Origin: an uncultured Gemmatimonadaceae bacterium
GTDB taxonomy: Bacteria; Gemmatimonadota; Gemmatimonadetes; Gemmatimonadales; Gemmatimonadaceae
NCBI GenBank assembly: GCA_963740355.1
Contig: CAVUDW010000003.1
Coordinates: 1,440,001-1,504,000, forward strand
Length of the DNA: 64,000 nucleotides
Direction of reading: 5' to 3'
Below the pieces are notes generated by a model. It was not told the origin of the DNA and ran no database searches. It worked only from the letters and a program-made list of their open reading frames with translations. A program made the position numbers and the translations under genes. This document shows, one piece after another, positions 54,774-64,000 of this stretch; positions within the stretch are counted from its first letter, which is position 1, and each line of letters begins with the position of its first letter.

Positions 54774-55672
54774 AGCGCAAAAACGAAATCCTTGTTGGCT
54801 TGCTGCTCCTTCTCGGCGGCGCCATTGCAGTGTTCGGATCGATCTGGCTGGTGCGCGGCAGCCTCGGTAAGGGCTATCCACTCTACGCCCGATTTCCGTG
54901 GGGTGCGGGCCTCAAGCCGGGTCAGCCGGTACTGCTGGCGGGTGTCACGGCCGGCTCCGTGGCTGACGTGGAATACGATCCACAGGGCACCGTGCGTGTC
55001 ACGCTCCGCATGACACGTGGATTCCAGGTGCCGAAGGGCAGCACCGCACAGTCGATTCCGGTCGGCTTCTTCGGTGACCGCGCGATCGCGATCGAGCCGA
55101 TTATCGGCGTGAAGGATTTCATCGCCGAAGGTGACAGCATCGTGGTCAGCAAGAGCGGCGCGACGACCGATGAGGTGATTGCGACCGGTGACTCGATCGC
55201 GAAGGACATCCGCGGCATCACACTCCCGCTCCGCAACCAGATGGTGGACAGCGGCGGTGTGCAGGACATCCGCGAGATCCTGCGCAGCACCAGCGCGCTC
55301 ACGAAGCAGCTGAACACCGTCATTCTGGCGCAGAACACGCAGCTGACGATGGCGATGACGAGTGTAAATCGCTCGCTGAAGGCACTCGAGCGCACCGCCA
55401 GCGCGCTGGACTCGATGAAGGTGGACAGCCTGCAGCGCAACGCCGGCCGCGCCACCGCCAACGTGGCCGCGATCACCGACTCACTGCGCCGCACCATGCA
55501 GTCGCTGAACGCCACCATGGGTCGCCTCGAACGCGGCGAAGGCACGGCCGGCAAGCTGCTCACCGACTCCCTCCTCTACAACGACGTCCGACGCCTCGTT
55601 ACCCGCCTCGACAGCGTGACCGCCGACTTCAAGCGCGATCCACGCAAGTACATCAAGTTCTCGGTGTTCTAG
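54770..55672 (+). CDS. mlaD: MlaD/MCE-domain protein
   Basis: N-terminal TM, GLKPGQPVLLAGV, helical tail GEGTAGKLLTD..DPRKYIKFSVF. Confidence 0.9.
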   Translation: MKRKNEILVGLLLLLGGAIAVFGSIWLVRGSLGKGYPLYARFPWGAGLKPGQPVLLAGVTAGSVADVEYDPQGTVRVTLRMTRGFQVPKGSTAQSIPVGFFGDRAIAIEPIIGVKDFIAEGDSIVVSKSGATTDEVIATGDSIAKDIRGITLPLRNQMVDSGGVQDIREILRSTSALTKQLNTVILAQNTQLTMAMTSVNRSLKALERTASALDSMKVDSLQRNAGRATANVAAITDSLRRTMQSLNATMGRLERGEGTAGKLLTDSLLYNDVRRLVTRLDSVTADFKRDPRKYIKFSVF

Positions 55673-55706
55673 GGTCTGGCTTCGGCGGTTGAACTGCAAT
55701 CGCATA

Positions 55707-55811
55707 ACGCAGAACCGAACAGCCGCAGAACTGAACAGCCGCAGAAGAGCAACCGCCGAGTGCCGTTGCAGTTCTGCGGCTGTTCAGTTCTGCGGCTGTT
55801 GTCTTCTGCGT
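55707..55811. repeat. Intergenic palindrome built from tandem 16-bp units (REP/MITE-like)
   Basis: AACAGCCGCAGAACTGAACAGCCGCAGAA (55718-55746) is the exact reverse complement of 55772-55800. Confidence 0.8.
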
Positions 55812-55988
55812 TGTGCCGTTGACGATCCTGGTTTCGAAAGGAATGCCCGCCCGCGAAGATCTTCGGCGGGTAGCGTAAAACATCACTTGCATTAGAATTC
55901 ACCAACGGAGCCAGCTATGGCACCGATCACCGGTTACCCTGAGATTGCTCGGGTCCGGGCTGTCAGACTTCAACTGTGTGAGGTGACC

Positions 55989-56273
55989 GTGGGCGAGTTC
56001 AAGGCATTCCTCAAGGAGTATGGCGTCATTGGCTTGGCGCTTGGCGTCATCATCGGCGGGAAGGCCGGTGAACTCGTCACCACCATCGTCGAAGGGCTGC
56101 TGATGCCGATCATCGGTCTGGTGCTGCCTGCTGGCGGATGGGAGAAGTGGGCCGTCGGCGACTTCAAGTTCGGGCCAGTGCTCGCAGCGCTGATCAACTT
56201 CATCATCGTCGCGTACTTCGTCTTCTTCGTGTCCAAGCGGTTGCTGAAGGAAGAAACCGTCACGAAGAAGTAA
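55989..56273 (+). CDS. mscL: Short large-conductance mechanosensitive channel
   Basis: EFKAFLKEYGVIGLALGVIIG..LLMPIIG..FGPVLAALINFIIVA. Confidence 0.85.
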   Translation: MGEFKAFLKEYGVIGLALGVIIGGKAGELVTTIVEGLLMPIIGLVLPAGGWEKWAVGDFKFGPVLAALINFIIVAYFVFFVSKRLLKEETVTKK

Positions 56274-56307
56274 GTCGACGCGAACGCAGTGACCTGATTG
56301 GAGCGGA

Positions 56308-56354
56308 GAAAACAGAGCGGGCGATCTCCTGGAGAGATCGCCCGCTCTGTTTTC
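56308..56354. terminator. Bidirectional terminator
   Basis: GAAAACAGAGCGGGCGATCTC-ctgga-GAGATCGCCCGCTCTGTTTTC between convergent genes. Confidence 0.85.
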
Positions 56355-56371
56355 ACCAGCCACGCGTCCGG

Positions 56372-57733
56372 TCAGGCCGCAGCCGCATCGCCTCGACGCT
56401 TGAAGACGAGGTAGTACACCGGGATGCCGGCCAGGATCGTCGCGAACACACCCAGTGTCGCCCAGCGGCTGCTCTGATCCCAGAGTGCGTTGCCGATGAG
56501 GAAGATCGACGAGGCGATGAAGAGTGCGGGCACGAACGGGTACCCCGGTGTGCGGAATGTCGGGGCGTAGCCTGCCTGCTTTCGCAGCACGTAGACGCTC
56601 GCCACACCCAGTGCGTAGAACGGAACGATCGCCGTCACGAAGGCGTCAGCCAGCTGCTCGAAGCTTCGCGCCAGCACGAAGATGATGCCCAGCACCGCGC
56701 AGGCGATGATTGCGACGTACGGCGTTTCGTATTTCGGGTGCACCTTGGCCAGCGCGCGGAAGAACAACCCGTCGTCAGCCATCGCGAAGAAGATGCGTGG
56801 TGCCGTGAGCAGCGTGCCGTTGAGCGTCCCGAAGGTGGAGAGCATCACGGTGATCGCCACGAAGCTCACCCCCCAATCACCCACCAGCACCTGCGCCACG
56901 TCGGCCGCCACCAGTCGGGACTTCGAGATCTCCTCGACCGTGAACACCGACAGATAGGCGAGGTTGGCCAGCAGGTAGATCACCACCACGGCCAGCGTCC
57001 CGATGATCAGCGCGCGCGGCAGCACTCGCTGCGGGTCCTTCACTTCACCGCCCACGAAGCTCAGGTCCGCCCAGCCGTCGAAGGCCCAGAGAGCGCTGAC
57101 GAGCGCCAGGCCGAAGGCGCCGAGCGCGAAGCTGCCGGGCGGAACGGCCGGCGTGAAATGCCCGCCGGTTTTCGGCAATCCGATCGCGAAGGCGAGGATG
57201 ATGATGAACGCGAGGCCGCCGTACTTGGCGAGCGTCGTCACGTTCTGCACCAGGCTGCCCCAGCGCACACCGAGGATGTTGAAGATCGAGGTCAGCGCGA
57301 TGGCGGCCGCCGCCAGATAGTGGGCGTAGTCGCTATACGGTGCGATCGCCGGATCGTAGCCGCTGACGCGCAGCGCGTATTCGGCGAAAGTGATCGACAC
57401 GGCCCCCATCGAGGCCGCGCGGATGACCACGAACTCCGACCAGCCGAAGAGGAAGGCGGGCAGCCGGCCCCACCCTTCGCGGATGTAGACATACAAGCCA
57501 CCCGTTTTCGGATGGACGCCGGCGATTTCGGCCAGGGTCAGGGCGCCACAGAGGGCCACGATGCCACCGGCGACCCAGACCGCCATCAGGGGCAGGGGGC
57601 CGGGCAGCTTGGCGGCGATTCCGGCCGGCGACCGGAAGATGCCGGAGCCGATCGTGGAACCGACCAGCACGGCAATCGCGCTCCACAGGCCAAGTTGCCG
57701 GCGGAGGGTGGGAGCGGGGGGGGCGGAGCTCAT
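56372..57733 (-). CDS. APC family amino acid permease
   Basis: LRRQLGLW..GSTIGSGIF, GGLYVY, WAFDGW, PRIFFAMADDGLFF. Confidence 0.92.
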   Translation of the reverse strand: MSSAPPAPTLRRQLGLWSAIAVLVGSTIGSGIFRSPAGIAAKLPGPLPLMAVWVAGGIVALCGALTLAEIAGVHPKTGGLYVYIREGWGRLPAFLFGWSEFVVIRAASMGAVSITFAEYALRVSGYDPAIAPYSDYAHYLAAAAIALTSIFNILGVRWGSLVQNVTTLAKYGGLAFIIILAFAIGLPKTGGHFTPAVPPGSFALGAFGLALVSALWAFDGWADLSFVGGEVKDPQRVLPRALIIGTLAVVVIYLLANLAYLSVFTVEEISKSRLVAADVAQVLVGDWGVSFVAITVMLSTFGTLNGTLLTAPRIFFAMADDGLFFRALAKVHPKYETPYVAIIACAVLGIIFVLARSFEQLADAFVTAIVPFYALGVASVYVLRKQAGYAPTFRTPGYPFVPALFIASSIFLIGNALWDQSSRWATLGVFATILAGIPVYYLVFKRRGDAAAA

Positions 57734-57980
57734 CCGGGCAGCCTACGCCGACGCCTCTCCAATCGCAACGCGGTTCTCACACAGGATCCGGCACCGGGCC
57801 GGGTAGCGGGTCGGGCAGCACGCCTCGCGCGACAGGCGCACGGCGGCCGCCCACAGCCGGCTGACGTGCGGACGAACCACCTCCGCCGCTACCGATCCTC
57901 AGCCATACCGGCGAACTTTCCCTGCAAGGTTCCCGTTGGCTCGAGGGTAACCGGTCCATTGCCCGTAACCCCCGATTTCG

Positions 57981-58244
57981 ATGATCGCTACGACGATCTT
58001 CTGGGTGGCTGTCGTCCTCTGCGTGATCGCGCATCGCTACATCCTGCGCTCCGCATTCGCCGCCGGCGCTGCCGTCCAGCACACACACACCCTTCCCCCC
58101 ATCCGCCGCGCTGCGGAAGTGATGTGGGTGGTCCTCCCCGCCGTCGCCCTCGTGTTCCTCTTCATCGCCACCTATCGGGCGATCGGAATCCGTAACGCCG
58201 AGCAGCACACGCCCGCCGCAGCGACGGCCGAGGCCCTGACATGA
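57981..58244 (+). CDS. Small 2-TM protein resembling the cytochrome c oxidase subunit II membrane anchor
   Basis: Two hydrophobic helices, 'AEVMWVVLPAVAL'; its stop overlaps the ctaA ATG. Confidence 0.55.
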   Translation: MIATTIFWVAVVLCVIAHRYILRSAFAAGAAVQHTHTLPPIRRAAEVMWVVLPAVALVFLFIATYRAIGIRNAEQHTPAAATAEALT

Positions 58245-59211
58245 ATCTCCTGCGACGCCTGGCCGGCATCTCGCTGCTGGCCGCACTCGGCCATGTGATC
58301 TTCGGCGGCTTCGTCCGCATCTCCGGCTCCGGCATGGGCTGCGGTGACAACTGGCCGAAGTGTTACGGCTACTGGTTCCCGCCGTTTGATCGCCCCGACC
58401 TCGTGATCGAGGTGATGCACCGCTACTTCGCCGCCACCCTCTCGACTGTCGTCGCGGTGTTCCTGCTGATGTCGTTCCTGCGTCGTGCGGAGCGTGGCGT
58501 CTCGGGGAGCGGCGGTGTGTTGCGCGCAGCGGCGGTGGCGTTCGCGATCGTGATCACCGCGGCCACGCTCGGTGCCGTGACGGTGAACTACCGCAACGAG
58601 TGGTGGGCCACGTTGGCGCACAAGGCAGTGGCGATGTCGCTCCTGGCAACGCTCAGCGTGGCCTGGCTGCGCGCTGGTGGCATGCCATCACTGACCGCCA
58701 TCTCCGATCGCCTCGTCACCGACAAGACGATCAAGGCAAGCACAGTGGCTGCGGTCCTGGCATTGGTGACGGTGATGATGGGTGGCATGGTGGCGAAGTG
58801 GACCGGCGCCGCGGTGGCATGTGTCGGCTTCCCGCTCTGCGGTGCCGGCTCGATCGGCGGTGCCGCGCAGCACATCCAGCTCACGCATCGCGTGCTCGCC
58901 TACCTGACCGCGTTCCACGTCGTCTTCATGGCGATCTCCATCATGCGCCGGCGTGAACATCGCACGGTGACGCTGCTGGCCGGCATCGCCGCTGCAGTGG
59001 TTGTCCTGCAGATCGTGTTTGGCGCACTGATGGTGCTGGGTGGGTTCCCGATCGTGATTCGCTCACTGCATCAGGCAACCGGCGTGTTACTCTGGGTGAG
59101 CACGCTGACGCTCACCTACGCCGCACGTCGCGCCAAGAATCCGCCCGCTGACGGCGCCGCGGTTGGCGCACACGTCAAGCCGCGCACGCCGATGATGGCC
59201 GGAGCCACGGC

Positions 59212-59215
<4 letters not shown>
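58241..59215 (+). CDS. ctaA: Heme A synthase (COX15/CtaA)
   Basis: GGFVRISGSGMGCGDNWPKC, IEVMHR, conserved His residues. Confidence 0.9.
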
Positions 59216-60111
<896 letters not shown>

Positions 60112-60120
60112 CCTCCTCCA

Positions 60121-60339
60121 ACTGCCACTGCGAATCGCAGAGACGCAGCGGCGCAGAGGGTTCTCTCCCACCAGCAGTCTTCGGTGATCACGAAAGGCCT
60201 TCGCAATGCTTTGGGAACTGCAACTGCGAGAGCAGTTCCCAAAGCATTTTTCGCTTCGGTGCGATAGAAGCGGCGATCACACTCCAGAACCTTCGATTCC
60301 CCTTTGCGTCTTTGCGTCTCTGCGTTTAGCAGTGGCAGT
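60121..60339. repeat. MITE-like element with ~40 bp imperfect terminal inverted repeats
   Basis: ACTGCCACTGC..CGCAGAGACGCAGCGGCGCAGAGGG versus CCCTTTGCGTCTTTGCGTCTCTGCG..GCAGTGGCAGT; followed by GCAGTG tandem repeats. Confidence 0.6.
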
Positions 60340-60466
60340 GGCAGTGGCAGTCTTGCGGGCAGTTGGCCGTTTTGCAGCTGTGGCAGTTTTGCGGGGCGCG
60401 AAGCGCCCTTGCGTCAAGGCAGTTGCTCTTCGGCATGGCGCGCTGCGAGAGGAGTAGGTTTCGGTC

Positions 60467-61408
60467 ATGCCTCTCCCGCCCGATCTCCGTCCGCCGGCGC
60501 CATTGCCGGATGATCTGTTGCCGTTGACGGAGTGGACGAATGTGGACGAGGCCGCAGCGGAGGCGGTGCGGCGATTCACGACGCCGCCGCCAGTCACGCG
60601 ACGCATCACCGACGCCGATGAACGGGCGTTGATGCCGAAGTTCATGCCTGACGGCGCCGTGTTTCGCGATGTGCTGGGGCGAGAAGGGCGCATCGCAAGC
60701 TGGAGCTGGGGCGATCGCGACTGGCCGCTCGTCGTGTGCATGCATGGGTGGGGCGGCCGTGCCACGCAGTGGGGCCAGCTCGCCACCGCACTGCTTGCAC
60801 GCAGGTATCGTGTCGTGGTGCTCGATGCACCGGCGCATGGCGCCTCTGACGGCGATCGTGCCTCGCTTCCTGGATTTCGCAATGCACTGCTGCGCGTGCT
60901 CGCAGCCGCCGGGACGCCGCATGCGTTGGTGGGACACTCGCTTGGCGGGCTCGCCGTACTGGCCGCGATTGCATCGCGCGCGAACGCCGGCTTGTCACCA
61001 CTGCCTCGCGCGGTGAGCATCGGTGCACCGAGCAGCGTCGACCGGCCCATGTCACGATTCCTGCGCCGCCATCAGGGCAATGACGCCGTGGCCGCCGCGA
61101 TGATCGACCAGCTCGAGCAGCGGTGGCATTTTCGCTGGCGTGACCTGGACACCGTGTCACTCGCCTCGCAGGCGGCTGCCGCCGGCGGTGCGCCACTGCT
61201 GGTGGTGCACGCCGAAGACGACGAGCAGGTGCTGGTCGTCGAGTCGGAGGGGTTGGCCGCTGACTGGCCGGGTGCCGAACGATGGCTGGCGCCCGAAGGC
61301 ACCGGTCACCGCAAGATCCTTCGTCACCCGGACGTCGTGTCACGCATCGTCGACTTCATCGCAGCACCAGCCAACTCAGACGACGACGACGCTACCGGCG
61401 GAAGGTGA
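60467..61408 (+). CDS. Alpha/beta hydrolase
   Basis: HGWGG, DAPAHG, GHSLGG, HAEDD, GHRKIL. Confidence 0.88.
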   Translation: MPLPPDLRPPAPLPDDLLPLTEWTNVDEAAAEAVRRFTTPPPVTRRITDADERALMPKFMPDGAVFRDVLGREGRIASWSWGDRDWPLVVCMHGWGGRATQWGQLATALLARRYRVVVLDAPAHGASDGDRASLPGFRNALLRVLAAAGTPHALVGHSLGGLAVLAAIASRANAGLSPLPRAVSIGAPSSVDRPMSRFLRRHQGNDAVAAAMIDQLEQRWHFRWRDLDTVSLASQAAAAGGAPLLVVHAEDDEQVLVVESEGLAADWPGAERWLAPEGTGHRKILRHPDVVSRIVDFIAAPANSDDDDATGGR

Positions 61409-62234
61409 TCGTGACGTCGGCGTCCGGTTTACCGACCGGGATGTCGACCTTCGCCCTTACGACGCCAAGTGATGGGTGCCAGGCATGAATCACCGCCGGT
61501 TGGCCACCGGCAGCAAACGAAAACACGGCGAGCCCGTTGAAATCGGAGATTGCACTCAAGCCCGGCGGCGTGATCGCAACAAACGCCTTCGCCGATGGTA
61601 GCCGCGTCGCATAAATGCCGAGCACACCGACGCTGTCCGTGCGGTGCCGAACCGGCACCAGCTGGCCCTCGGCGATGAACGTCACCGTGTCGATCGGTGT
61701 CGACAGCGATGATGGCACGATCACCAGCGACTCGGCCCGCTGATCGCGCGAGACCAGCTGGATGGTGCTGCCCGGCGCAGCGACCTGCAGGCGTGGCGAC
61801 AGCCGACACTGTTCGAGGACGACGGTCGGACGGTGCTCCGACGTTGCCGTGGGGTTCACGACGGTCGCCGCTCCTTCCACCCACAGCAGTGCGCCGATCA
61901 ACGCCGTGCCGTTCTGCGCGATGACCGTATCGCGCGAGCCCGCAACACACGCTGGATCGATGCTGCTCACCGGTGCCGCGCTGTCTGGTCGCGCAGCCCC
62001 TTCCACCACCACATGAACACGGAGCGTGACGGCGGCGGCGGAACTGCCGAAGGGCGCCAATCGCATGCGCGGCAACCGTAGCTCCTGCGCCGCTGCCGAT
62101 TGGGTCGCCGGAACCGCTCGTGCAGCCACCTCGGTGCCATCGCCTGTCGAACCCGAACACCCGCTCGCGATCAGCACCGGCACCACACACATCGCGCGCA
62201 GCGTCAGCGCGAGACCACCGAAACCATGGCGCAT
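61392..62234 (-). CDS. Hypothetical lipoprotein (cupredoxin/carboxypeptidase-regulatory-like fold)
   Basis: Lipobox ASGC; 'LEQCRLSPRLQV', 'HAWHPSLG'; its ATG overlaps the CDF stop. Confidence 0.6.
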   Translation of the reverse strand: MRHGFGGLALTLRAMCVVPVLIASGCSGSTGDGTEVAARAVPATQSAAAQELRLPRMRLAPFGSSAAAVTLRVHVVVEGAARPDSAAPVSSIDPACVAGSRDTVIAQNGTALIGALLWVEGAATVVNPTATSEHRPTVVLEQCRLSPRLQVAAPGSTIQLVSRDQRAESLVIVPSSLSTPIDTVTFIAEGQLVPVRHRTDSVGVLGIYATRLPSAKAFVAITPPGLSAISDFNGLAVFSFAAGGQPAVIHAWHPSLGVVRAKVDIPVGKPDADVTITFRR

Positions 62235-63220
62235 CAAACGACACTTCCAGCCGCAGCCGCAGAAGGAGCAGCAGAAGCAGCGGCACTCCCAGCGGCCGAC
62301 GTCGCCGAACCAGCGCGAGCGTCGTCGCTTCCATCCGTGAACGGTTCCATGTGGACCAGCACTCCAAGCACCTGCGGCGTTGCCGCGCGTATGGCGTATT
62401 TCACCTTGCCGCTCACGATGTGGGCCGCTTCGAGTGACATCAGCGGATCGGCTTCCACGTGGATATCCACCCAATAGCCGCGACCCGCACGACGCACCGC
62501 CAGCTTCTCCACCGCGCGTACGTCCTCCACACTCGTCGCTGCATCGCGAATCGCGCGCACGACTTCCGGTGCGGCGACACGATCCATCAGGTCAGCGACG
62601 GCGGTCCGCAGCAGTGCCACGCCATTCCAGGCGATGATCCCTGCGGCCACCAGTGCCGCCCAATCGTCGGCACTCTCCCAGCCATCCCCGCCCGCCAGCG
62701 CCACGGTGATCCCGATGAATGCCGCGCCCGAAGTGAGGGCGTCACTGCGGTGATGCTGCGCATCGGCGGAGAGCGCCGTGCTGCCTTCCACACGCGCAAT
62801 CCGTCGAACGCGCCTGGCCATCAACTCCTTGATCACGATCACTGCCGCCAGCACGCCCAGCGTCCACGGTGCAGGCGTGTGATGCGGCGTGCGGATCTCG
62901 TGGATCGACGCCACCGCGATCCCGACACTCGCAATCAGGAGGAGCAGCGCGACTGAGGCGCCGGCCAGCGCTTCGGCCTTTCCGAATCCGAATGGATACT
63001 CGTCGGTCGCATCGCGGTCGGCGATGCGCACGCCAGTCCATACTGCCAGTGATCCGAAGAGATCGAATGCACTCTCGGCCGCGTCGGCCACCAGCGCGTA
63101 CGAATGCCCGATCAACCCGCCTACCAGCTTCGCAGCGGTGAGGGCGATGTTGACCACCATTCCCAATTGCGCCGCGCGAACTGCGACTCCTTCACTGCGT
63201 GCTGGCGCCGGCACTGACAT
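62234..63220 (-). CDS. Cation diffusion facilitator family transporter
   Basis: ALVADAAES, YPFGFGKAE, ADAQHHRSD, VDIHVE, VLVHMEP. Confidence 0.92.
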   Translation of the reverse strand: MSVPAPARSEGVAVRAAQLGMVVNIALTAAKLVGGLIGHSYALVADAAESAFDLFGSLAVWTGVRIADRDATDEYPFGFGKAEALAGASVALLLLIASVGIAVASIHEIRTPHHTPAPWTLGVLAAVIVIKELMARRVRRIARVEGSTALSADAQHHRSDALTSGAAFIGITVALAGGDGWESADDWAALVAAGIIAWNGVALLRTAVADLMDRVAAPEVVRAIRDAATSVEDVRAVEKLAVRRAGRGYWVDIHVEADPLMSLEAAHIVSGKVKYAIRAATPQVLGVLVHMEPFTDGSDDARAGSATSAAGSAAASAAPSAAAAGSVV

Positions 63221-64000
63221 CAGAGCTGGAACAGGTCGGTCTGGATCGCGGACGGCGTGACGAGCAGGTCGCCCGCCAGGGTGACGGCAACGTTCACTTC
63301 GGTGCGCATGCCGAAGCGCCCAGTGAGGTAAATCCCCGGTTCGACGGAAAACAGCACGCCGGGCAACAACTCACGCTCCTCGCGCGTCTCGAAGCCGTCC
63401 ATGTGCGGCCCCGAGCCGTGCAGGTCACGGGCGTCGATCGAGTGGCCGGTGCGATGTGTGAATGCTGCGCCGTAGCCGCGTGAATTGATCACGGCGCGGG
63501 CGGCGTCATCGACGGCGGCACCGCGAACGCGCTCGTGACGAGCGCAGGCGTCGCGCACCACGGCAATCGCGGCATCCCGTGCGTCGCGGATCGCGGCCCA
63601 CACCGGCAGCACGTCGGCGTCGGTTGGTGAACCGATGGTGGCCATCCAGGTCTGATCGGCAAACGGCTGACCCGGCTCACCCGCCCAGAGGTCGATCAGC
63701 AGCACCTGATCGGTGGTGATCAGTGCGTGACGATCTTCCGCTGGCTCATAGTGCGGATTCGCGCTGTTGGCACCGACGCTGACATTCGATGGATGCGTGG
63801 TGACGAGGCCGTGTGCGTCGAACTGTGACAGGATCCACTGCTGCACCTGGAACTCATTCAGCGGCGATCCCGCATGCGCCGCATCGGCCGCGCGACGCAG
63901 TGCGGCAGGCCCGATCTGCGCGATGATCTCGGCGGCACGTGCGTGCGCGGCGAGTTGCTCCTCCGTCAGCAGCGCGTAGAATCGCGTCACCAGTTCGGCC
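63220..64000 (-). CDS. M24 family metallopeptidase (Xaa-Pro type), 5'-truncated by the window edge
   Basis: NSANPHY, LLIDLWA, ADQTW, HRTGHSID, FSVEPGIY, MRTE. Confidence 0.9.
   Translation of the reverse strand, partial: AELVTRFYALLTEEQLAAHARAAEIIAQIGPAALRRAADAAHAGSPLNEFQVQQWILSQFDAHGLVTTHPSNVSVGANSANPHYEPAEDRHALITTDQVLLIDLWAGEPGQPFADQTWMATIGSPTDADVLPVWAAIRDARDAAIAVVRDACARHERVRGAAVDDAARAVINSRGYGAAFTHRTGHSIDARDLHGSGPHMDGFETREERELLPGVLFSVEPGIYLTGRFGMRTEVNVAVTLAGDLLVTPSAIQTDLFQL

Noticed and set aside
55700..55810. CRISPR array
   Set aside because: Units are adjacent and inverted with no unique spacers; no cas genes
56138..58195. Long antisense ORFs (685 aa here; also 44176-46017, 47667-49028, 52399-54009, 32451-33854)
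   Set aside because: Shadow ORFs opposite well-supported genes, expected in high-GC DNA with strong codon bias

Overview
High-GC bacterial DNA whose gene repertoire (TPR and beta-propeller Ser/Thr kinases, PadR-permease pair, serine hydrolases, pilB-pilT-pilC, lptFG-mlaED, ctaA-ctaB) suggests Gemmatimonadota; this is an inference. There are three zones. (1) 1-19.5 kb: mostly intact accessory genes, including an nrtR-prs-like-nadV-like NAD operon with a clear promoter and operator that may be a bacterial NARP1-type (ADP-ribose to NAD+) pathway. (2) About 19.7-44.3 kb: frameshift-rich sequence, probably with many consensus errors. It holds an ~18.5 kb defence-like island bracketed by a ~110 bp degenerate direct repeat (25666-25773 and 44275-44386). 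The island carries three paralogues of a Cys-rich Zn-finger family I do not recognise, an HhH glycosylase-like gene, an McrA-like HNH gene, a UDG-like gene, a type I R-M system, an NYN nuclease coupled to an HTH-N6-methyltransferase-like gene with an aberrant catalytic motif, a ScoMcrA-head/EVE/DUF3883 nuclease and a very acidic 85-aa protein. (3) 44.4-64 kb: clean housekeeping genes (type IV pilus/competence, M28 peptidase, LptF/G, MlaE/D, MscL, APC permease, heme A/O synthesis, hydrolase, CDF transporter, M24 peptidase). I found no rRNA, tRNA, CRISPR array or integrase. All family calls come from motif recognition by eye, not database searches.
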